Shown here one piece after another: positions 1 to 14,152 of a DNA stretch of 64,000 bases (position 1 is the stretch's first letter; every line of letters begins with the position of its first letter). A program made the position numbers and the translations under genes. The notes below the pieces were generated by a model, which made no database searches, was not told where the DNA came from, and saw nothing but the letters and a program-made list of their open reading frames with translations. The stretch spans positions 266,921 to 330,920 of the forward strand of contig NW_027192196.1 of assembly GCF_041956535.1 (NCBI RefSeq). The letters run 5' to 3'. Source of the DNA: Calcarisporiella thermophila CBS 279.70 (Eukaryota > Fungi > Calcarisporiellomycota).

Positions 1-1917
<1,917 letters not shown>

Positions 1918-2253
1918 AGGAGGTTCGCCCCCTCCCCCCCCCCTTGGAGAAATAGAGTGTGTTATTTAATTTGCTTATTTAATTACTGTTGTTGTGGGCT
2001 ATTGTTTGCCACCGGCCTATTTTTTAATGAAACCATTTCCTTCCACAATCTGCCCAATCGTTCCATGGCCTCTTCCACACTTGCCACCGGATAAACTAGC
2101 CGCTTTTTAATGCAGCACTACCGGAATTTAATTTTCCAATGGAAACGGGGTCTCGGATTTAATTTTGAGAGACGGATATCTGATGATCGAAACCGCTTCT
2201 ATATATATATATCCTCGTTCAGACATTGCATCCTTTTGTTCACACAGGCAATC

Positions 2254-2923
2254 ATGTCGAAGTTCATCATCAATCATAACATCAATCCCTCCATTGTAGA
2301 GCTTGCTGCCACGGAGCAGCACGGCAACATGCAGCACCAGGCGTATTTCCGTGAAATATGTAGGAGTGTAAGTCTTCGAAGGATTGTCTCGCATTACCAA
2401 TTCTGATTGGGAGCTGACCGAATGTTGGGAATTTTAGCTCGAAAAAATAAATTGGGATTATGGAAGCGAAGACTTTCTTCAGACAGAGAATATGCTACAG
2501 GCATGGAGGACCGTGTGTGAAGATGAGAAAAGGAGTTTGTCGTCGGAAATAATTGGTACATTGTTTTTGGGGCCCTTCTCTCCTTCGCTGAATAAGCTCA
2601 CAGTTTCACTATCCTGTAGCTGGTGCCGCCGCAATAATGGCGGTTAAGCAGTACGAACTACACCTTTCTTTCCTCCAGCGTCCACTCAACGACTCCAGTA
2701 TGTTGGGACTATGTAAGCTATCTCTCTCTCCGTATTTCTTTCCTCCCCCCTCCATATCTAACAATGGGCCATGTTTGATATGTTTTCAGTGGTAGGCTAT
2801 GCAATGGGCAACGCTGTCAAGCTGTTCGAACAACGCGGAGAGTCTGGGGATAAGGCAGATGTAGGCGTGATGGCCTGCCGAGCAGCCTTGGTTTTGTTCG
2901 AACGATTCCTCATGGAGCATTAG
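2254..2923 (+). CDS. Small helical fungal protein (152 aa), DUF7721-like; 4 exons (2254-2367, 2438-2555, 2620-2712, 2790-2923)
   Basis: Three GT-AG introns with branch-like sites (gctgac, gctcac, ctaac) join phase-consistently into one ORF containing IAGAAAIMAVKQY...LLVGYAMGNAVKLFEQRGESGDKADVGVMACRAALVLF. The family label is recalled, not searched. Confidence 0.75.
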
Positions 2924-3281
2924 AATCCACCTATACATATATACATGCATCCCTATCTGTGTAAATAGAACATGCTTAGCTGTTTCATTGTACGATTTCT
3001 TCCATAGCATTCTGCGTTTTCTCTTTTTTCTTTCATTCTCCAATGTTATATATTATACATTCACTCAGTTTGATGTCGGGCTATTTTAATATTCTTTAGA
3101 ATTTATCATTATTTTGTCTCCACCTCCATTGTCCTTATTCGCTGGCTATTTGGTAGAGGCCATGGCAATAGTAGAGTCCAATAAAGTTAATGGTAATAAA
3201 AATTAGGAATTAGAGTGGAATAGTAATAAAAAAAAATAATTAACATCGCTTCTAGCTACACTACATCTAGACATATCGTCG

Positions 3282-5280
3282 CTATGACGAATACTGCAGC
3301 TTTCTACGGCTAAGCTTAAGCATCAGCAGATCTCCCACTTCACTAATCTTCTCCAGTGCATAGTCCAGATCCTTCCGAGTGTGTGCGGAGGACATACAAA
3401 AGCGGACTCGGGGGGTGTTCATCGGGGTCGCGGGATAGGCCGAAATCACCACCGCTAAACAGGGTAGAATAAAAAACGATTAGTCCATAGAATGGGGGAA
3501 GCCAGGTGGGGGGGATATGGTACCAATGCCTCGCTTGAGAAGCTCGCGAGAAAAGGCTGGGATCTTGGCCGGGTTAAAGAGGAGAAGCGGAATGACCGGT
3601 GAACCTTCGAATCCTAGATGAACATGGGGCATTTAGCTCAGCCCTGAAGAGGGATTTTTCTTTTCTTCTTCTTGTGCTCTTCCGACCACCGTACTCACCG
3701 TAGAGGATGAAGCCCATTTCTTTCAGCCTCCTTTGGAAGTAAAGCGAGTTTTCCCTTAGCTGCCGAATCCTCTTCTCACCCTCACCCTCCCAGGCCTCAT
3801 TCATGATGATTTTGAAGCTGGTGATGGACTGTTGCAACACGGGAATCGACATCCCCTCCGCATAGATGTTTGAATAGTTGGTGAGACGTAGATAATCGAT
3901 GACGTCCTTATCGGCTGCGATGTATCCGCCTGCGGCGCCAAAGGATTTCGTGTACGTGCCCATCATGATGTCGATATCACGCGTGTCCACCCCCAGGAGG
4001 TCGCACACCCCACGTCCCGAAGAGCCGAGGGCGCCGATTGAGTGAGCCTCATCCAGAAATATGTAGAACTATACAATCCCTACTTAGAAGAGCTGTTCAT
4101 CCATTCCTATCATCCATCTCCATCCTTACCTTGAACTCCCTCTTCAACTCAATCAATGAGTGCAAGTCGGGCACATTCCCCTCCATGCTATAGATACCCT
4201 CCACGACCACCAGTATTTTTTTCCATGGTCGATGGGTGCGTGGTTGTCCTTGCGAGATGGACTCGCGCAGGAGCTCCCGAAGCTCCTTCATATCGTTGTG
4301 CTTGAAGATGCGGATGGACGCCCCGGAGAGGCGGAGCCCGGTTATGATGGAGGCATGATTGAGCTCGTCGCTAAGCACAAGGCAACCCTACCAAGGACAG
4401 AGGAATATGTTTTTGAGGGATGAAGAAAGTGGCATTGATGAGAATGGCTATTAACCTTTCCAACTAGGGCAGGTAGAGTCGTGGCGTTGGTAGCATGTCC
4501 CATCGAGATGACTATTGCATCCTCCTTCCCAAGGAACCGTGCCGTCAACTCCTCTAGCTCCCTATGCATATCACTAGTTCCTGTTTCCAATCTCGGACTT
4601 GAGGAGGCTATTCCGTTCTCTCTTACAGCCTCTTCAACTGCATCTGCGCATGGGCCTTCTGCTTGAGCGAAGCCCAGATAGTTATAGGAGCCTAGGTTGA
4701 GCACCTCGGTGGTCGTGCCAGGATATTGAAAGGTGACATTGTAGTCTGAGGAGGTTCGATCGAGTAGCTGGCATGTACGGCCGGGCACGCCCCGGATGGG
4801 CCGATTATAGCAATCGCGAACACGCAGATAGAGACGGCGGATATAAAAAGATTCAAAATCGGAAGTGAGAGGAGCATAGCCCTAAATAGATAAAGTTGTG
4901 TGTGTAGAAAAGAGGATTTAGCTCTGGTGTTTTCTCGCAAATATTCCTTGGCATTATCAGATGGGGCTTACATTTTGCATGCGCAGATGCTGGTATTTCT
5001 TCTTCCTAAATCGTTTACCAAATATGTCCCTCAAATGCCCGAAAATAATGAGGAGCAAATAGTTGAGGTATACCGAGACGTAAATGTACATGGGAGGATC
5101 CTCCACCTCCTCATTCTTCATCAACTCATAGGCAAGCGGTTTATGGGAATTGCGGGGAATATGCTCAGGCAAAGAGGAAGGAAGTGACCGCTGCGCAGGC
5201 GGTGCAGGAGAGCAAGCCTCCGTTTGCTGCTGTGGTTTTGAGAAGGATTGGGTTAGGGCGCGCTTGCTTTTGGACAACAT
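3282..5280 (-). CDS. LCB2: Serine palmitoyltransferase subunit 2 (LCB2/SPTLC2), multi-exon
   Basis: Motifs [62 protein letters not shown] (PLP lysine) and [11 protein letters not shown]. Ends [16 protein letters not shown] at 3282. Confidence 0.95.
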
Positions 5281-5910
5281 AGTGGAAGAGAGAAGAGAGC
5301 TCGAGCCCAATTTTTAACTATACAGAACACCGAAATGTTTTATCCGCCTTAATAAACTTTATTTTTCAGTGAAAAATATTGGACGGGATTAGCCTTACTC
5401 ATCCACGGCCCTCAACTTCCAGTAGACTCGGCCCGCAATTTTCAGTCTATCCAATATTGTCCTGCGACCATTCAGCAGGGTTGAATCAGCTTAGTCCACA
5501 TCGGCTGCGCCACTTAAAGTAGAAGTTGGTGTAAAAATTCCGATAAAATATAAAAAATACGGATAAGACACGGTGTTTTAAATTTTGTATGATAAAATTC
5601 ATATCCGATAAAAAATACGGTTAGAAATATCATTAATATGTTTGGACTAGGCCACGTGCAAACAGCCGCATACGTTTACATAAGGCGTATAATTTTACGA
5701 ATATGTAATGAGGGAGATTTAATGATAATATTCTTACCGTGCAATTTGTAACTGCCTTGCAGTTGTTCAATTAAACTACCATAAATTCCAGATTCCGACC
5801 TATCCAAAACTATTTCAGCATAAATAAAGGATAACTCACAACACAAATTCAAGCATTCAGCTAATAAGCCACTCATTACCCTCCCTATTGCCATTTTGAG
5901 CTGTTTTACC

Positions 5911-8000
5911 ATGCCAATTCAAAGTCATCGCGTAGACATGCTTCGGGCGGAAGTTGAACATCTTAAATCTAGGTTGGAGAGAATCCAGCTCGAGCTTGGA
6001 GAGAACCAATAGGAGGAACTTAGCAAGGCAAGAAGGGAAGGCAACAACGTCAAAGAGTATATCATCTACACGCCTACTCCAAAACACTACCTAGATATCC
6101 CACAATGAGTGGAGGATGCGGTTCCTCATATACGAGAGCCTTTATACTCGCCCAAATTTCGGATTCACGATAAAGATCTACGCGCTGAATGGTGGGCTCG
6201 CGCGCCTCCTGTCCGCGACCGAATCTATGACGCGCCCGCTATGCCGAGTAGTTTGCTCCAGAACGCGTCACGGCTGACCAAAGCGAGAGATCGCACACTG
6301 GCAAACCTTCAATATCGATTGGCGCTATCTACTAGGTCGATTGACGCACTTTTCTTCTCTATTGCACATTTTATAGATTCCAATCATGACAACATCCTCG
6401 ATTCTCTTAGCAATTATTGGCTTCAGTTATATAAGGACATCAGGTTGCAGATGCGAGACCACCTTGCTGCAATTTCAGAAATAAGACTTGCAGAAATAAA
6501 ACAAGCGGGTAATTATAGCAACCGCTCTGCTATACAACTTCGAAGCACACCCTCATCCCTGAAGAACTGACCGAAGAGCTCGCAAGTGAACGCAAAGCTT
6601 TCTCCGGATCAAAGGAAAGAGCACGAAAGCAAAATCGTCAAAGAACTTCCAAGAAACAAAAAGGAGCCTATAACACTTCTTATACTAATTCCCGAGAAGA
6701 GATAAAATGCCAAGTTGGTAAACCAGATGGAGAAACCTTTCTTCCGCGTAAGAATGAACTAGCTTTGTTTCATTTTAAAAACTACCTTATTTACTAGATC
6801 CCGCCCTGCTTTCTACAAGGATAGCATCTTCTCGTTTTCAATGCGTTAAATCTCAAGCTCAGAAAATATAGAGCAGCATTCAATTTTCCATCCCAATACT
6901 GAATCCTGTGTGCTTCGGATTAGAGCGAAGTGATAATACAGTTTTCAAGATTCCCACGATATGCCAATGTCAGAAATCCCCACCATCAATTGGTATTGGA
7001 TTACAGGCGCATTATTTCATCTTCTATTATTTATAAACTAAATACAGTCGACTTTTAATTCCGATAAGATTACTCGCACTACACAAAATAATTGAATTCT
7101 TTGGAACTCATTTAGCTTAATTCCAGCCCCCATTTGGTGTGTTGCTTACTTAAATTTCATCTCTCTCCCATGCCTATGTTGTAGCCATGGTACCACCTCG
7201 ACCCTTTATGCACACGCTCTCCGCTTCCAGAAATAACCTACCACATCCATCCGAATACTTGTGGTGCGGCCAGCACAACCTACGTCAGACAATAAACCTT
7301 GAAAATGAGCCTTTCAGTTCCAATAAACAGTCATTGTAACTACAAATATTACTCGGGCTCGACCAGTATGTACTTGTCATACACACCCAAATGAAGGCTA
7401 CTACCGTTAATCTCTTAATAAAGTCCTCATGAGAGGCGTGGGAGCCGACATACTAGAATATATAAAAACACTGCATTACAAACCTTGACCTCGCAAACAT
7501 TGAAGGCGTACGGAACTATCCCAAACCGGCTAGGTTCAATAACGCTATCAACCTTTGTCCCCTCTTCGGAGGAGAATGGGCCGTCAATGGCGTTTTAAAA
7601 CTCCTATTAGGTGGTCTATACCACCTTTAAATGGATGACATGAACACAACCTAAATACCAGCTCATTACAGACGAGCCTAATTCAAATCCTTTGCCCGGT
7701 TCAGAAATCGAAGATATTTCAACCGAATTTTGTCATTTCATCCTTGAAGACGAGTTGCTAATCCGGCCTACAACCATGGAAGTCCATCCAGCCTCTTTGA
7801 GGGTGAAACGCATCTTCATGTTGTCCATTCTTGTGCTTGGCTAGCGCGATCCCGTCTCGCTTGGCTTGTAGTCGGTTAGAAATTTTTTATCAGTCCCTCC
7901 ACGCCAAGCTCTTAAGGCCGAAGATGGACACTTTTTCAACCATTCTCCCAAGGCTGGAAATTATTAGAGCTAGAGATCGGCGTAATGATTGGATTCGGTC
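5911..8000 (+). mobile_element. Decayed DIRS/Ngaro-like (tyrosine-recombinase) retrotransposon remnant; boundaries approximate
   Basis: Intronless frame from ATG 5911 with in-frame TAG (6010) and TGA (6106), then DRTLANLQYRLALSTRSIDALF, resembling DIRS gag of zygomycete fungi. A frameshifted K/R-rich tail follows. Fragments near 7500-7950 (EGVRNYPKPARFNNAINLCPLF; SEIEDISTEFCHF; FEGETHLHVVH..WLARSR; KFFISPSTP) loosely resemble a broken tyrosine recombinase. Confidence 0.5.
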
Positions 8001-9007
8001 GTGTTAAAGCCTCAAATTTTTGGCTCCGCAAAAAATTAAGACTTGTCGGTGTGTTCAGGATGCTTAATCGAGCTAGAGGGGGGTTATGGGGTGGCTTCCA
8101 CCCGTGCATGAATGCCCAAGAAAACTACATCTAGGCAGAGATCTTTGATGTAAGGGATCCTGCAAGCATAGCAAAACAAGCAACCTCTGTAAGACAGGGT
8201 TGCATCATCATCTAGTTATAGTGGGAGGCAGCCACCGCTTGTGGCGTTCCATCAGCATAATGAGCTACTCAACAGATCCAATCTGCGCCTATCCCGTCCA
8301 TTATCCACACATTGGGCCGACGGATAGCTCTAAAATTTCGGGGATTTCCTTCTCCTAACCAATCGCATAGTGAGCAAATTTGAGCCAGGCTAAGATGAGA
8401 GATGTGGCTGTAACACGCGAAAATTCTGCCATTCGAGTAGAATACTGGGACAGGGAAATTGCTTGATTTACAGTCAGTCATCAGCAATCTTACTGATCTT
8501 CTAATCCATTCCAACTTTAAGGTTATCGGTCAGCCTCTAGTGCAAAATCGGCTCCCGCAAACGCTTTCACAAACAGCGGCCCGCGCCTGCCCCGGCTCCA
8601 ACCACCTTGCATCTTCTCCGTTCGCAGTCTAATCAGTCAAAGGTTTCCCATCTTGAGAAAATTCTGCTATTCGAGTAGCCGTCCAAATCTACCCTCCTCG
8701 CCATGCTTGTAATCTGGAAGACGCTTGCCCTCCCCTCGGTCCCCATTATAAGAAGAGCAAAGTTTCGCGACTTTCATTTTATTTATTGTGTTCAGAATAG
8801 CCTTTGCGCTATCCTTCATTTAGTCTTTTGCGCGATTTTTCTCCCCCTCTTCTCTCCCTTTCGTCATCTATTGATTGATCCCGGATCCAACTGTAGAGGT
8901 GAGGCTCTTATCCATCCTCCTGGTTTTCACCTGGTCTTGTAACCTCGTGGATTGGAATTCTAACTTTTGATGTGATTAGGAACGTGGTAATTTCAAGTCG
9001 ACTAAGC

Positions 9008-12000
9008 ATGAGCAAAGATATTGAGGCGGGCGAGAAGGAGGCTGTTCAATTCCAGATTGATGCTCGGCCCCAATCCAAGGTGTTCTCTCCCCCCAACTCA
9101 AATGGCAACCACAGCTTGCCCATCGAGTTCCGCACCCTCTCCATCCAGGTGACCGACTCGCAGCATGTCCGCGACAAAGGCAAACCCAAGGATGATACCG
9201 AGTATTTCGCTTCTCTTGAATTTCATAAGATGAGCTCCCACGAGGTCAGTCTCCGGTTCAACACTAGCGACAATGAGGGCCTGGACTCCGCTTCCGCAGA
9301 GAAGCGGTTGCAACGCAATGGGCCCAATGTCCTAGAGCAACGCAAGCCCAACTATGTCCGGAAGTTGCTGGGCTATATTTTTGGTGGCTTTTGCGCGGTG
9401 CTGTGGGTCGGTGTCCTGGTGTTCTTCCTCTGCTGGCAGCCTCTCAGCGACCCTCCTAGCGCAACGAACTTGGCCCTCGCCATTCTCGTCCTCATCGTCA
9501 TCTTTCTTCAGGCTTCCTTTTCGGCATTCCAGGATTGGTCCACGTCACGCGTCATGAAATCTATCCTCAACATGATTCCCTCTGAATGCTTGGTGCTCCG
9601 TGACGGCCAGCTGAGGAAAATGCCCGCCACCAACCTAGTGGTCGGCGACATTGTCCATCTTAAACTTGGCAACAAGGTCCCCGCTGACATTCGCCTACTT
9701 CAGACCTCCAACGACCTTAAGCTGGATCGATCGATCCTTACCGGAGAGAGTGATGCCATTGATGGCGTGGTGGATTGCACTGACGATAACTTCTTGGAGT
9801 CCAAAAACATCGCTCTCATGGGCACTCACGTCGTGAATGGCAGTGGTGCAGGCGTGGTCGTGCTGACTGGCGGCAACACCGTTATGGGCCGTATCTCTAA
9901 ACTCACCTCATCCAGGCGTCCCAAAGTTCCCCTCATCCAGCAGGAAATCAACCGCTTCGTACGAATTATCGTCTGCTTGACTATCGTGTTGGCGTCTATG
10001 ATTGCTATTGTATGGGGTGCTTGGCTGCGAGCTGCTTATCCCGATTTCTTGAGCGTGGTGGGCATGTTGGTCAACGTGATGGGCTGTGTAGTGGCCTTTA
10101 TTCCTGAGGGTATGCCCGTGGGCGTGGCCTTGACGCTTATGATGGTTGCTCGCCGCATGCGACAGAATAATATTTTGCCAAAGGCACTCACCACCGTCGA
10201 AACGCTGGGCTGCGTCAACGTCATTTGCTCAGACAAAACTGGCACCCTCACCCAGAATAAGATGTTTGTAACCTCGGTCGGATTCCTTGATAACGAGACC
10301 AACCCAGACAACTGCCGCGACACCATTGTCCGTGAGCCCTCGAGCCAGCTCGCTATTGCTTATCGTCAACTTCAACTGGCCTCCCTCTTTTGTAACAATG
10401 CCACGTTCGACCCCTCCACCATGGACCGCCCTGTAGCGGATCGCCTTGCTAACGGTGATGCCACTGACTGCGCCCTTCTCCGGTTCTCGGAGCACGTGGG
10501 GTCCACGGCTGATTTCTCCACTCATTTTCAACGCGTCTTCGAAATCCCCTTTAACTCGAAAAACAAATGGATGCTCACGATGTACCAGGCCGGCTCCAAC
10601 CACGAAATGATGGAGCAAGTGTTTGGGGGAAGCAAGCAATCTCTCGTGCTTGTCAAAGGTGCTCCAGACGTTTTGCTCCCCAAGTGTACCTCGGTCCTCT
10701 CCGCCGCCACCAACTCAGTAGTGCCGCTGTCTTCGGAAGCCATGAATGTCGTCACTGATATGCAGCAGAAGTGGTCCCGCAACGGCGAGCGTGTTCTCAT
10801 CCTGTGCCGTCGCTTCTACACCCCAGCTGCCGAGATGGGAACCAATGATTTCCAAGAAGAAATTACCAACCATGCCGTCCAAGACCTTACCATCATCGGC
10901 TTGATCGGTATAATGGATCCTCCCCGCCCCGAGATTAAGGACACCGTGGCTAAGTGCCGAAAAGCCGGCACGCGCTTCTTCATGGTCACTGGTGATTTTG
11001 GCCTCACCGCCGCCGCGATTGCCCGTCAAATTGGCATCTTCACCACAACACGCGATCCGGATACCTACGATGAAGTTCTCAAGTCAGAGGGAGATGACGC
11101 TGAGAAATTCAATGGTGTCACCAGCCTCCTGCTTACCGGCACTGACATCCAGAAAATGGGCGACTCCGAGTGGGATCGTGTGTGCAAGTACGAGGAAATT
11201 GTCTTCGCGCGTACCACTCCCGAGCAGAAGCTTAGAATAGTGAACGAGTTCAAGAAGCGGGATGGTGTGGTAGCAGTCACCGGTGATGGTGTCAATGACG
11301 CCCCCGCTCTCAAAGCCGCTGACGTTGGTGTTGCAGTGGTTTCGGGTAGTGATGTGGCTATTGAGGCTGCTGACTTGGTCTTGCTCGACAAGTTCGACTC
11401 CATCACCGAGGCTATTCGTCTGGGTCGTCTCGTCTTCCAGAACTTGCAAAAGGTAATTGGCTACTTGCTTCCCGCCGGCTCTTGGTCCGAAATCTGGCCC
11501 GTGTTGATCAACGTGTTCTTTGGCACTCCCCTCCCACTCTCCGCCTTCCTCATGATCATGATCTGTTGTTTCACCGACCTCTTCCCTTGTCTCGCACTCA
11601 TTATGGAGCAAGAGGAGTACGATCTTTTGTCACAACCCCCTCGCAACTCGAAGAAGGACCACTTGATCACGTTCAAAATCTATCTGCAATCTTATGGGTT
11701 CATCGGGACCCTTGAGGCTATCTGCTCCGAGGCCATGTTCTTCACCTATCTCAAGGAATACACCAATCTTGGATGGTACGATCTTGTCTTCACGTTTGGC
11801 AACGGAATCGACTGGAGCAAAGCCACGGTCACTAAGGAGGAGTTCAACAATTATCACGTCAATGTGGCCAGCTCTATTACCTTTATCACCTTGGTGATCA
11901 TCCAGTGGGGTAATATCCTTTCCATCCGTAACCGCAAACTTTCTATCCTCCAAGCTGACCCCATCCGTCCCAAACGCCGTAACCTTTGGCTTTTCCTCGG

Positions 12001-12199
12001 TATGCTCTTTTCCTTTATCGTCGCCATTATCGTCACCGAGATCCCATGGATCAACAATCTTTTCTACACTGCCCCTGTGCCTATCAAGTACTGGCTCATT
12101 CCTTTCCCGATGGCACTTGGTATCTTGTTGGTGGACGAGGTTCGCAAGCTGCTTGTCCGTTCCTTCCCCAATGGGCCTGTTGCAAAGATGGCTTGGTAG
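9008..12199 (+). CDS. P-type ATPase related to Na+/K+-ATPase alpha (fungal ACU-type K+/Na+ uptake ATPase); no introns in CDS
   Basis: Motifs LTGES, FIPEGMP, CSDKTGTLTQN (phospho-Asp), KGAPD, DPPR, MVTGD, FARTTPEQK, TGDGVNDAPALK and YLLPAGSWSE, with about 10 hydrophobic segments. First ATG is at 9008; probable 5'UTR intron ~8899-8979. Confidence 0.92.
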   Translation: MSKDIEAGEKEAVQFQIDARPQSKVFSPPNSNGNHSLPIEFRTLSIQVTDSQHVRDKGKPKDDTEYFASLEFHKMSSHEVSLRFNTSDNEGLDSASAEKRLQRNGPNVLEQRKPNYVRKLLGYIFGGFCAVLWVGVLVFFLCWQPLSDPPSATNLALAILVLIVIFLQASFSAFQDWSTSRVMKSILNMIPSECLVLRDGQLRKMPATNLVVGDIVHLKLGNKVPADIRLLQTSNDLKLDRSILTGESDAIDGVVDCTDDNFLESKNIALMGTHVVNGSGAGVVVLTGGNTVMGRISKLTSSRRPKVPLIQQEINRFVRIIVCLTIVLASMIAIVWGAWLRAAYPDFLSVVGMLVNVMGCVVAFIPEGMPVGVALTLMMVARRMRQNNILPKALTTVETLGCVNVICSDKTGTLTQNKMFVTSVGFLDNETNPDNCRDTIVREPSSQLAIAYRQLQLASLFCNNATFDPSTMDRPVADRLANGDATDCALLRFSEHVGSTADFSTHFQRVFEIPFNSKNKWMLTMYQAGSNHEMMEQVFGGSKQSLVLVKGAPDVLLPKCTSVLSAATNSVVPLSSEAMNVVTDMQQKWSRNGERVLILCRRFYTPAAEMGTNDFQEEITNHAVQDLTIIGLIGIMDPPRPEIKDTVAKCRKAGTRFFMVTGDFGLTAAAIARQIGIFTTTRDPDTYDEVLKSEGDDAEKFNGVTSLLLTGTDIQKMGDSEWDRVCKYEEIVFARTTPEQKLRIVNEFKKRDGVVAVTGDGVNDAPALKAADVGVAVVSGSDVAIEAADLVLLDKFDSITEAIRLGRLVFQNLQKVIGYLLPAGSWSEIWPVLINVFFGTPLPLSAFLMIMICCFTDLFPCLALIMEQEEYDLLSQPPRNSKKDHLITFKIYLQSYGFIGTLEAICSEAMFFTYLKEYTNLGWYDLVFTFGNGIDWSKATVTKEEFNNYHVNVASSITFITLVIIQWGNILSIRNRKLSILQADPIRPKRRNLWLFLGMLFSFIVAIIVTEIPWINNLFYTAPVPIKYWLIPFPMALGILLVDEVRKLLVRSFPNGPVAKMAW

Positions 12200-13201
12200 A
12201 GTAACAGCATCTTCACACGTAAATAGACAGACATCCCGTTGCGTTATTATCCATTTTATCTTTTGTTATTTAAGCTTTGTATTTTCTTCTTTCCCAAACT
12301 TCCTCCTCTTCCAGCCCCCCCCCCCCCTCTTTTTTTGGACAACCATTTGCAATTTAGCAACTCAGAATATACCATAATATACTATAAATACTATTGTTTA
12401 AAGTAATAATAAAGACTTTATTGATCACCCGTAATATCCAAATGGAAATAAGCTTGCTTCACCTTGATATTTATAATCAGATTGGTTTCCCTATTAACAA
12501 AATACAGAGTTTTTTTTGGGAAATGGACACATCAACCCCCTCCCTTCTCCCATTGGCCCCTCCTTCCGAACAATTAATAAATCTCTGCCTATTATATTTC
12601 GGCTTCTTCTCGATTCCTTCTTCGTTTGCTTCCTAACATCTCGCTTTCCTCGGCATTTATGAGAAATGGATGATCCGCATTACAGTTTCCGTTTTCCGAA
12701 CACTTTCTTTTGCACCGCGGGACCATCCAAGGAAAAGAAAGGAGAGGGCTAAAAATGACCTGTCAAATATCGCAATAGGCATCAGTCATGACATTCTGTG
12801 GTTCAATTCGCAAGGGCAAATCGCTTTCTTAGCAAAGGAGAAGTCACCGATGGGAGATTCTCATCACAACCCTGGCTTTAAAACGTGCCCCGATCCTTGG
12901 GCGTAGTTTTGCTAGCGAGTCAAGAGAAAGGGGAGGGTTCCCGAGCCAAAATGGTGAGCACTTCAAAAATATCCTTTTCATTCCCACCAGATGGCTCATG
13001 ATATCCTATTTAAAACTAATATGCTTATCTTTTCCTCCATAAGGCAGGATGTGAGAACTCGCCCAAGTGTCAGGTGGAAGAAGGTGGGGACGTGTTCTCG
13101 TCAAAAATTATTTAAATTGAAGCTCCTTTTGTAGACTCTTTATCATTTCCTCCATCAGTTAACGTCACATTTGCCAAGAACACTACAAACTCGAAAACAC
13201 C

Positions 13202-13384
13202 ATGGATCAAAACTTCAGACAAGGCGACAGAGTCGAATATCGCGACCGCCAGCAGCAAACGCAAAGAGGAGTTATCCAGCAGGTACAAGGAAGCGGCACG
13301 CAGCAAAGTTTCACGGTGCTTAACGAGGCGACCCAGCAATTGGAGCAGTGCCAGAAAAACCAGCTTGAACGGAAGCTACAATAG
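13202..13384 (+). CDS. 60-aa Gln-rich SH3/Tudor-like small protein (Hva1-TUDOR/DUF2945-like)
   Basis: ATG in good context (ACACCATGG). FRQGDRVEY...RGVIQQV...FTVLNE matches a beta-barrel pattern. The ORF is a GC-richer island in an AT-rich intergenic region. Confidence 0.6.
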   Translation: MDQNFRQGDRVEYRDRQQQTQRGVIQQVQGSGTQQSFTVLNEATQQLEQCQKNQLERKLQ

Positions 13385-14152
13385 CATGTGAGCTCAAGCA
13401 TGCCAAGGGTGACACTTTAAAAAAAAAGAAATAGTTTAAAATGTTAGCTGTAGCTTTTTGTTATTTATATGAATTGACCGTGCAAAAAAAAATTAATTAA
13501 AAGGAATTTAGCCATATTGCTACAATACTGCTATTATGGAGTGTTGCCTAACAACTTTGTTCGAAAAGTGTTAAAATAAACCAATACTTTCCAACACTTA
13601 ATATACGATTCTCACTGGTATGTTAAAAAGGTTTGGTCGCCTTAGTTGCCTTCACTGCTCTGAACTTTGACCAAGTTCTACAATAGATTCGTATCAGTTT
13701 ATTTTTCAATATCAGCGCGGCTTATAGTGATGCTGTGATGTGCCTGCAAAATTCATGGTTTCTTTTGACACTGAATCTAAAAAAAAAGATATTGAATGCC
13801 AATTTTATAGCCGGCTGGCACAACTTTAAAATAGCAGATATGTTATTGATTTTAAAAGATTATTTTATCAATGGATATCAGGCAGCTTCATATGATCCAG
13901 AGGCTTCTCTGTAGTAGAAATTTAACGAAGGGACGAGCATTCTATGGCTATCTCAATCATCACCATTAGAGTTTCTCTTATGTATGTATTATAGAAACAT
14001 TGAGAGTCAATATTAAAATATGAAAATCCATCTAGCACTTGTCTAATCTATGAATTGCTCAGGAGGTACTATAGACTTCATGAAGATGAAGCGGAGGAAT
14101 GCAAGACTATGACATCTTCAAATACATGCGGGCGATATTACAAGGGACATGA

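Noticed and set aside
8180-8203. Hairpin gcaacc-t-ctgt-aag-acag-ggttgc upstream of the ATPase
   Set aside because: A single short stem with no supporting context; plausible by chance.
9098-12057. Many antisense and alternate-frame ORFs over the P-type ATPase
   Set aside because: Shadow ORFs expected from the codon bias of the sense gene; no motifs.
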